NCBI GenBank assembly: GCA_903932685.1
Contig: CAIZGX010000058.1
Span: 634-64,633, forward strand
Direction: 5' to 3'
Length of the DNA stretch: 64,000 bases
DNA from: an uncultured Bacteroidota bacterium
GTDB lineage: Bacteria; Bacteroidota; Bacteroidia; Flavobacteriales_D; Sanyastnellaceae
Shown: positions 58,049 to 64,000 of the stretch, in pieces
How positions within the stretch are numbered: the stretch's first letter is position 1
How the letters are laid out: the number at the start of each line of letters is the position of its first letter
Notes under the pieces: model-generated
What the model was told of the DNA's origin: nothing
The model's input: only the letters and a program-made list of their open reading frames with translations
Databases searched by the model: none
Made by a program: the position numbers and the translations under genes

Positions 58049-58196
58049 CTCATCACAACGTGTGGTGTCATCCGCTCCGCGGTCATCGGCTTCGCCGTCA
58101 TCAATCTCCGATTGTCATCACCTTCGGTGTCATCGGCTTTGCCGTCATCCACGAAGTGGTCATCAATCTCCGATTGTCATCCGCTCCGCGGTATTG
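58049..58196 (+). repeat. mini-hairpin string, GTCATC family, array E
   Basis: Perfect GTCATC at 58067, 58082, 58097, 58114, 58129, 58144, 58159 and 58176. Degenerate copies are CTCATC (58049) and GTATTG (58191). Eight of 9 words are self-complementary. Confidence 0.85.
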
Positions 58197-58210
58197 TGTA
58201 TTTTTGATCC

Positions 58211-58798
58211 ATGGAATTCAAAAAAGGAGATCACGTTCGTTTTTTAAACGATACCGGAGAGGGAGTAATCGTCGGTTTCCCTCAAGCCGATACCGCTACG
58301 GTAGAGGATAGCAGTGGCTTTCCATTCGATCACCCACTTCGAGAATTAGTAAAAATTGAAAATTCAAAACACGAGTTTTCACAATACAATCAAGTGCAGC
58401 CGAATACGCGCGAGATGCTCGATCGGAATTTGGACGCGCATGCAGTGAAAGCGGCATCGAAAGACTTCAAGAACAGATACAAAGAGCGCGCGGCGAATGA
58501 CTTTCCACACAACGCCGATTTGTTCGAGGTTGATTTGCACATTCATGAATTGCTCGACAATTATGAGCGCATGACGAACGGAGAAATCGTAACCATTCAA
58601 ATGGAACACTTCGAGCGTATGCTGGCCATTGCAGAAAAGAAAAAAGTTAAGAAGGTTATTTTCATTCATGGAGTGGGGCAGGGAGTCTTGCGCGCAGAGA
58701 TTCGTTCATTCATCAAAAGCTATTATCCACAATGTGAATTCCTCGATGGGAATTACCAGAAATACGGACACGGCGCAACAGAAGTTAGATTCAGATAA
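58211..58798 (+). CDS. Smr domain protein with KOW-like N-terminus
   Basis: C-terminal Smr pattern (VDLHIHEL...VIFIHGVGQGVLR). N-terminal FKKGDHVRFLNDTGEGVIVGF. Confidence 0.75.
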   Translation: MEFKKGDHVRFLNDTGEGVIVGFPQADTATVEDSSGFPFDHPLRELVKIENSKHEFSQYNQVQPNTREMLDRNLDAHAVKAASKDFKNRYKERAANDFPHNADLFEVDLHIHELLDNYERMTNGEIVTIQMEHFERMLAIAEKKKVKKVIFIHGVGQGVLRAEIRSFIKSYYPQCEFLDGNYQKYGHGATEVRFR

Positions 58799-58806
58799 CA
58801 TTCAAC

Positions 58807-60339
58807 ATGAAAAAAATATTCCTTTCATTTATCGCGATTGCATTCGTGCTGAGCGCATCGGCACAAAAGAAAAACGCAAAGCCTTTCGCAACGCAACTCA
58901 CCACTTTGGAAGCCAAGATGAACGAGGGCTTGTCGAAGTACAACGTTCCCGGTGGCGCCATTGCCATTGTCTACAACAACGAAATTATTTTGTCGAAAGG
59001 ATTCGGTTTGAAGGACGCTGCGACGAAAGAGCCTGTGACTGAAAACAGTTCCTTCGCGATAGCCAGTAACTCGAAGGCCTTCACCAGCGCGGCATTGGCA
59101 ATCTGTGTCGATCGAGGATTGTTGAAGTGGGACGATAAGGTTCAAGATTTTCTTCCAGAATTAAAATTATATGACCCGTATGTTTCGGCGAATTTGACGG
59201 TGCGCGATTTGCTTTCGCATCGACAAGGATTCGAGACATTCGCTGGAGATTTAATCTGGTACGGAACGAATCACTCTCGAAGTGAAATTTTGCGCAGATG
59301 GCAGTTCGTTGAACCGAAGTACGGTTTCCGCACAACCTATGGTTACTGCAATATTGCGTTTTTGGCGGCTGGACAAATCGTTGAGAAAGTAACCGGAAAA
59401 ACATGGGATGAATTTGTGAAGAATGAATTTTTTATTCCGTTGGGAATGAAAAACGCGAATACTTCAATCACTGCGTTTCAGCCAGGCGCCGACATTGCTT
59501 CTCCGCATAACACGGTGAAGGAAAAAAACATTCCCATTCCTTATGTGAATTGGGACAACGTTGGCCCTGCGGGAAGTATTAATGCCTGTGTGAATGAACT
59601 GAGCCAATGGATGATGTTGCAGTTGAACAAAGGAACATTAGGAGGAAAGAAATACTGGGACGAAAAGCGCACCTACGAAATGTGGGAGTACAACATTAAC
59701 AAGCCGGTGAGTAAGTGGCAGCGCGAGAATATGCCTTCGCGTCATGCGAACGGATACGGCATGGGTTGGGAGCTTATGGAATACGGCGGACACAAGATTG
59801 TGAGTCACGGCGGTGGTTATGACGGAATGATTTCGAAAACGATTTTGATTCCCGATATGAATTTAGGATTTGTAATTTTAACGAACAGCAACAACTCGTT
59901 GCCGAGCGCCATGGGGTTTGAGTTCTTGGATTTGTTTTTAGGAGTGAAAGGAGGAAAAGATTGGGTGACTGAATTCGCTCCAAAGGCAGAAGAGCCTGAA
60001 TTATTATCTCCACCTACGGGGGAGGCTTATGAATGGATTTTTCCGGTTACATCGGAGATAGAAGGGGTTTATCGCAGTGAGATGTATGGAGACGTTGAAG
60101 TGATAAAGAAAGATGATGGGTATAAAATCGATTTCAAGCCAACAGAGTTGTTTAAGGGTGATCTCATTCACAGAGATAACAATGTATTCACTTTGCATTG
60201 GTCAACGCAAATGATGCTTCCGAGCGGCAAGGTGCAGTTTATAGCGAATATGGAAGGCGAGATTGAAGAGATGCGCGTGTTTGTTGAGAATCCGGATTTT
60301 GATTTTTCTGAATTGAAGTTATTTAGGGTGAAAGAATAG
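58807..60339 (+). CDS. serine hydrolase, beta-lactamase (class C/PBP-like) family
   Basis: Signal peptide, SxxK motif (ASNSKAFT), a YxN-like motif (YCNIAF), and an extra C-terminal beta-rich domain. Confidence 0.8.
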   Translation: MKKIFLSFIAIAFVLSASAQKKNAKPFATQLTTLEAKMNEGLSKYNVPGGAIAIVYNNEIILSKGFGLKDAATKEPVTENSSFAIASNSKAFTSAALAICVDRGLLKWDDKVQDFLPELKLYDPYVSANLTVRDLLSHRQGFETFAGDLIWYGTNHSRSEILRRWQFVEPKYGFRTTYGYCNIAFLAAGQIVEKVTGKTWDEFVKNEFFIPLGMKNANTSITAFQPGADIASPHNTVKEKNIPIPYVNWDNVGPAGSINACVNELSQWMMLQLNKGTLGGKKYWDEKRTYEMWEYNINKPVSKWQRENMPSRHANGYGMGWELMEYGGHKIVSHGGGYDGMISKTILIPDMNLGFVILTNSNNSLPSAMGFEFLDLFLGVKGGKDWVTEFAPKAEEPELLSPPTGEAYEWIFPVTSEIEGVYRSEMYGDVEVIKKDDGYKIDFKPTELFKGDLIHRDNNVFTLHWSTQMMLPSGKVQFIANMEGEIEEMRVFVENPDFDFSELKLFRVKE

Positions 60340-60382
60340 GTTAGGATGTAAGGGTTTAGCCTTCAAAAAAATGATTGAATCA

Positions 60383-60412
60383 TTGGTAAGTTAGAGTAAT
60401 TGCTTATATTTG
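60383..60412 (+). promoter_or_regulatory. putative promoter of tRNA-Arg
   Basis: TTG at 60383-60385, a 19-nt spacer, and TATATTTG at 60405-60412. It lies 18 nt upstream of the tRNA 5' end. Confidence 0.4.
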
Positions 60413-60430
60413 CACCCGCTTAACAGCAAT

Positions 60431-60507
60431 GGCATTGTAGCTCAACTGGATAGAGCATCGCACTACGGATGCGAAGGTTTGGGGTTCGAATCCCTACAGT
60501 GTCACCA
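60431..60507 (+). tRNA. tRNA-Arg (anticodon ACG)
   Basis: Hand-folded cloverleaf. Acceptor GGCATTG/CAGTGTC, D arm GCTC/GAGC, anticodon stem TCGCA/TGCGA with loop CTACGGA, T arm TGGGG-TTCGAAT-CCCTA, and an encoded CCA. 77 nt. Confidence 0.9.
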
Positions 60508-60521
60508 TCAAGCAACCAAAT

Positions 60522-60545
60522 CCCCGACGACAGTTGGGGGTTTTT
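60522..60545 (+). terminator. rho-independent terminator after tRNA-Arg
   Basis: CCCCGAC-GACA-GTTGGGG hairpin followed by GTTTTT. Confidence 0.55.
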
Positions 60546-60557
60546 GGTTTAAGGAAT

Positions 60558-60668
60558 GTCTCATTCTCATTCTGTTTCTCTAACTCATTCAGATTCTCTT
60601 TCCCATTCTGTTTCTCATACTCATTCAGATTCTCTTTCCCATTCTGTTTCTCATACTCATTCTGAATT
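60558..60668. repeat. 36-bp tandem repeat (2 full copies plus partial copies on both sides)
   Basis: ACTCATTCAGATTCTCTTTCCCATTCTGTTTCTCAT at 60583-60618 is repeated exactly at 60619-60654. There are partial copies at 60558-60582 and 60655-60668. Confidence 0.85.
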
Positions 60669-60733
60669 TTTGGTAACTACCCTAGATGCTTTCAAATGCC
60701 TTCATTCGATAGAAATTCGGAGGCTTTAATTTA

Positions 60734-60760
60734 TTTGTACGGAATTTTACCGTACATTTG
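60734..60760 (+). promoter_or_regulatory. putative promoter and operator of the toxin-antitoxin operon
   Basis: Inverted repeat TGTACGG (60736-60742) / CCGTACA (60750-60756) overlaps a TACATTTG -7 box (60753-60760). It lies 6 nt upstream of the antitoxin ATG. Confidence 0.4.
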
Positions 60761-60765
60761 TAATT

Positions 60766-61059
60766 ATGAAAATGGAGAAGAATCTTTCGTCACGAATTGA
60801 AGTGCGCCTCACATCTGAGCAAAAGGAGCTGTTCGAAAACGCTGCACAACTTGCTGGGCATAGAAGCCTAAGTGATTTTATTGTACAAACCATTCAGGCT
60901 AAGGCTTCCGAAGTGGTAAATCAACAAGCTGCAATAACGTTAAGCAAAAGAGACGCTGTAATGTTTGTCGATTTAATCACCAACGCGCCAAAGCCAAACG
61001 CTAAGCTCAAGAAAGCTTATGCTAACTACCGAAAACTTTCTATGGTGGCTGAGAAGTAA
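60766..61059 (+). CDS. DUF1778 (RHH, TacA-like) type II antitoxin
   Basis: 97 aa with the typical DUF1778 N-terminus (RIEVRLTSEQKELFENAAQLAGHRSLSDFIV). Its stop overlaps the start of the GNAT gene (TAATG). Confidence 0.8.
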   Translation: MKMEKNLSSRIEVRLTSEQKELFENAAQLAGHRSLSDFIVQTIQAKASEVVNQQAAITLSKRDAVMFVDLITNAPKPNAKLKKAYANYRKLSMVAEK

Positions 61060-61553
61060 TGGAGATTCTTGACAAGAAAAAACACGCGATTGAAAAATTC
61101 AATTGTGGAAATGAAGCACTGAATCGCTATCTAACTGTTCAAGCTGGACAGGATATGCGAAAGAAATTGTCGGTGTGTTTTGTTTTGAACGATGACTATA
61201 CGCGCGATTTAATCGGTTATTATACGCTCTCTTCATTCGCAATTAATGCCGATGCAATTCCAAATACAATTAAGGTGAGCGCTCCACGGAATTATTCTAA
61301 AATTCCTGCTACTCTACTTGGACGTTTGGCTATTGACTTGAAATTTCAGGGAAAAGGGTTAGGTGAATTTGTTTTAATGAATGCGCTTGAGCGTGCGCAT
61401 GATGCGAGTTTAAAGATTGGATCCTTGGCTGTAATTGTTGATCCTATTGACAAGGCGGCTGAAGATTTTTATTCTCAATACGGATTTGTAAAGTGTAAGG
61501 ATGGTCATCAAATGATGTTGGCAATGAAGACTATTGCTACCTTGTTAAACTAA
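61059..61553 (+). CDS. GNAT family acetyltransferase toxin (TacT/AtaT-like)
   Basis: 164 aa. FNCGNEALNRYL...QD near the N-terminus and the acetyl-CoA motif GRLAIDLKFQGKGLGEFVL. Translationally coupled to the DUF1778 gene. Confidence 0.8.
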   Translation: MEILDKKKHAIEKFNCGNEALNRYLTVQAGQDMRKKLSVCFVLNDDYTRDLIGYYTLSSFAINADAIPNTIKVSAPRNYSKIPATLLGRLAIDLKFQGKGLGEFVLMNALERAHDASLKIGSLAVIVDPIDKAAEDFYSQYGFVKCKDGHQMMLAMKTIATLLN

Positions 61554-61580
61554 TTCCCTTTTTGTTTCACTAACCCAAAC

Positions 61581-61588
61581 TATCTTTG
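61581..61588 (+). promoter_or_regulatory. putative -7 box upstream of the T9SS-CTD gene
   Basis: TATCTTTG matches TAnnTTTG and lies 22 nt upstream of the ATG at 61611. Confidence 0.3.
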
Positions 61589-61610
61589 GTTGGTAATAAT
61601 TCGAAACCAT

Positions 61611-63524
61611 ATGATTCAGAGAAGTCTTTTTTTATTCATCGCAGTATTCTTAACGTTTGCTCACAGTCATGCTTTCAACGTGACATTCCAGGTAAATATG
61701 CAAAACGTATTTTTTGGATTCTCTACCCCTGAAGTAAACGGGACATTCAATAGCTGGTGTGGTGGATGTAATCCAATGACAGACGCAGATGGAGATGATA
61801 TTTGGGAAGTAACCATACCATTTGAAGCAGGTTCATACGAATACTTATTCGCTTACGATAATTGGTCAGGCTCAGAACAACTAACTGCTGGCTCTGAATG
61901 CACAGTTACAAACGTCGGTTACACCAACCGTGTTTTAAACGTAGATGCAGATTTAACTCTTCCTGTAGTTTGTTGGGCAAGTTGTACAAATTGTATAGAT
62001 ATCCCGACCTCTGGCGTAACTTTCCAAGTAGATATGACCGGTCAAACTGTTAGCCCAACCGGTGTGCACATTGCTGGAAGTTTCGCAGATGCTAACAGTG
62101 ACGGTACTATCGATAATCCCTATCCCAATTGGGATCCGAGTGTACTTGCTTTGACAAACGCAGGAAATGGAATATGGTCGATAACGTTAGATTTGGCTGC
62201 GGGTTCGTATGAATACAAATTCATCAATGGAAATGTGTGGGACATAACCGAGTTTTTTGCTGCCGATGCTGTTTGCGTGCAAGGATTTTTCGGTAACCGC
62301 TCGGTAACCGTAGGAAGCGCAAATCAAATTCTTCCGGTTGTTTGCTGGAATGAATGTGTTTCTTGTGATTTGGTCGGTTCGGGTTGCATGGATGCTGCCG
62401 CCTGCAACTACGATCCTAATGCGATTATTGAAGGTCTGTGTGTTTATCCAAATGTAATTCCAGAAATCATCGTTGAGCCTTTTGGTGGTAATTGCTACAA
62501 TAACGGGGTTAATATTTATCCGTCGGCGGGAAATTTTATTCAGTACAGTTGGGGCTCTGGTTGGGCGAATAACATAAGTCCTTTCAGCTATGAAGATACG
62601 CTTGTGTTAAATTTCTCAATGGAAAACCTCTATTTTACAGCAACTGATGATACGGGGTGTGCGTTTACTTTAGGACCCATTTCTGTGAGTACCATTCCAT
62701 TGCCAAATGTATTTATGTGTATGGTAACCGTGAATGAAACCACAGGTAAAAATCAGATTGTTTGGGATCCTTTCCCTTCAGATGTTCATGAAACAGTTGT
62801 TGTATTCAAAGAGTCGAATGTTCAAGGCGTTTATGAGGAAATTGGAACAGCACCTTATGACGGAATCGGAGTTTTTGAAGATTTGAATTCCAATCCAATA
62901 ATTCAGGCAAATAGATACGCAATTGGAACAAGAGATTCCTGCGGTTTTCAAACTGCTTCTGTGGCGGCTTTGAATCATAAAACAATACATTTAACTGCAA
63001 ATCAGGGTATTGGAAACAACATTAATTTGATTTGGACTGCCTACGAAGCGAACACAATTGAAGGGCCAATGCAAATTTCGAGTTATAATATTTACAGAGG
63101 CGCTTCAGCATCGAGTTTAAGTTTGATTGCAACTGTAGCGGGAAATGTTTTGTCCTACACAGACATCGCACCGCCTGCTACTGAGTTTTTATATGTCATT
63201 GAAGTAGCAGGATTGGGATGCGATCCAAGCAGAGAAATGATGTCCTCGCGTTCGAATGTCATGAACTTGTTGGCTTCGAACATTACTGAAGAGATGAATT
63301 CGACTCTTCAAATTTTTCCGAATCCAGCTTCAACAAGCATTACCATTCAAATAAATGAAAGTGAATTAGGTATGCCTGTATTCATCTTCAATGCACTTGG
63401 ACAAGAAGTATTCAGCGAGAGAATCACTTCGGTGAATCAATTGTTGAACATTGAAAAACTAACAGAAGGATTTTATTTTCTAAAAATTGAAGGACGTGTA
63501 GTCCGACTTCAAATAGTAAAATAA
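61611..63524 (+). CDS. secreted protein with two CBM-like repeats and a T9SS C-terminal sorting domain
   Basis: Signal peptide from the ATG at 61611. Duplicated ~100-aa module (TFQVNM...GSYEYLFAYDNW and TFQVDM...GSYEYKFINGNVW). CTD is IFPNPASTSITIQ...GFYFLKI. Confidence 0.75.
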   Translation: MIQRSLFLFIAVFLTFAHSHAFNVTFQVNMQNVFFGFSTPEVNGTFNSWCGGCNPMTDADGDDIWEVTIPFEAGSYEYLFAYDNWSGSEQLTAGSECTVTNVGYTNRVLNVDADLTLPVVCWASCTNCIDIPTSGVTFQVDMTGQTVSPTGVHIAGSFADANSDGTIDNPYPNWDPSVLALTNAGNGIWSITLDLAAGSYEYKFINGNVWDITEFFAADAVCVQGFFGNRSVTVGSANQILPVVCWNECVSCDLVGSGCMDAAACNYDPNAIIEGLCVYPNVIPEIIVEPFGGNCYNNGVNIYPSAGNFIQYSWGSGWANNISPFSYEDTLVLNFSMENLYFTATDDTGCAFTLGPISVSTIPLPNVFMCMVTVNETTGKNQIVWDPFPSDVHETVVVFKESNVQGVYEEIGTAPYDGIGVFEDLNSNPIIQANRYAIGTRDSCGFQTASVAALNHKTIHLTANQGIGNNINLIWTAYEANTIEGPMQISSYNIYRGASASSLSLIATVAGNVLSYTDIAPPATEFLYVIEVAGLGCDPSREMMSSRSNVMNLLASNITEEMNSTLQIFPNPASTSITIQINESELGMPVFIFNALGQEVFSERITSVNQLLNIEKLTEGFYFLKIEGRVVRLQIVK

Positions 63525-63536
63525 AGATGGAAGGAC

Positions 63537-63995
63537 CTACGGTCTTGGATTATTAAAAGGTACTTTCTGTCCGTCTACAAACGGTGCGATGTCTATTATT
63601 GGCGAGTACTTCCATTTTCCATTCTCTAACACATACCCGTCGTAGCTTCCGTCTGGACCATACTCGGGAAAGAAGCCTTCGTAGATAGCTTCACGCGGAG
63701 ATAAATGGTCAACGACTATGGTCTTTTGTTTTTCGTAATATCGAAGTGAGCATGTCACTTGATCGCTGTATTCAAATACCACTCGTTTGGGATTACGATC
63801 TTCAAATTCGAAAAAGTTCCCACCGAATTTACATCCGTCCTTGCTTAACGTAATGACCTCAATCATTTTATTATTCGATAAATTGTCCTTCGCCTCGAAT
63901 CCCAATAAAGCGTAACTGTTTCCACCTTTCTTTCCTTTGCTCATGGGAACAATGGAATAATACAATGCGCCGGGCCATTTCCCTTCGTCAAACAC
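63537..63995 (-). CDS. hypothetical protein (possibly N-terminally longer, since the window ends 5 nt upstream)
   Basis: 152-aa ORF convergent with the T9SS gene. No motif recognised. Confidence 0.45.
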   Translation of the reverse strand: MFDEGKWPGALYYSIVPMSKGKKGGNSYALLGFEAKDNLSNNKMIEVITLSKDGCKFGGNFFEFEDRNPKRVVFEYSDQVTCSLRYYEKQKTIVVDHLSPREAIYEGFFPEYGPDGSYDGYVLENGKWKYSPIIDIAPFVDGQKVPFNNPRP

Positions 63996-64000
63996 TTTGT

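Noticed and set aside
60558-60668. The 36-bp tandem repeat read as a His/Ser-rich peptide (HSHSVSLTHSDSLSHSVSHTHS...).
   Set aside because: No start codon or ORF of meaningful length covers it, since it is absent from the 60-aa ORF track. It lies between a tRNA terminator and the TA promoter.
60340-64000. An integrase or mobile element at the tRNA-Arg locus.
   Set aside because: No integrase, transposase or repeated tRNA 3' segment is visible in the 3.5 kb downstream. The island hypothesis is kept only as a low-confidence finding, not as a feature.

Overview
This 64-kb window looks like a chromosomal region from a Bacteroidota (Flavobacteriia-like) genome. The evidence for that placement is three proteins with T9SS C-terminal sorting domains, TAnnTTTG-type -7 promoter boxes, an S46 dipeptidyl-peptidase and a long-form YidC. 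The coding content is mostly housekeeping: the rplS and thrS-infC-rpmI-rplT translation genes, pyrR-pyrB and pyrD, yidC, trmD, rarA, rsmE, rnz, ribA and pdxH, plus cell-envelope and glycan genes. I call about 58 CDS and one tRNA-Arg(ACG). I see no rRNA, no CRISPR and no transposase or integrase. The main finding is non-coding. Six intergenic arrays are built from about 50 directly repeated mini-hairpins (3-6 bp stems, 2-4 nt loops) joined by an invariant tetranucleotide. Five arrays use the linker TCAT, which reads as a GTCATC core: 21475-21596, 44515-44631, 45662-45892, 46548-46656 and 58049-58196. One array (19645-19752) uses a NAAT linker. The arrays share a vocabulary of hairpin words in shuffled order. 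Sequence changes between copies fall in loops or are compensated across stems. The arrays fill gene junctions and in three cases contain stop codons of flanking genes. I do not recognise them as any described repeat family. Secondary findings are: a fused EutB-EutC ethanolamine ammonia-lyase with a twin-arginine-like leader and no other eut genes; a DUF1778/GNAT toxin-antitoxin pair with a palindromic operator just downstream of tRNA-Arg and a 36-bp tandem repeat; a probable non-ATG start for infC; tandem TonB-C paralogs carrying a repeated two-cysteine module; and an Smr-less MutS2 with a separate Smr protein. All functional calls rest on motif and family recognition by eye, because no database search was possible.
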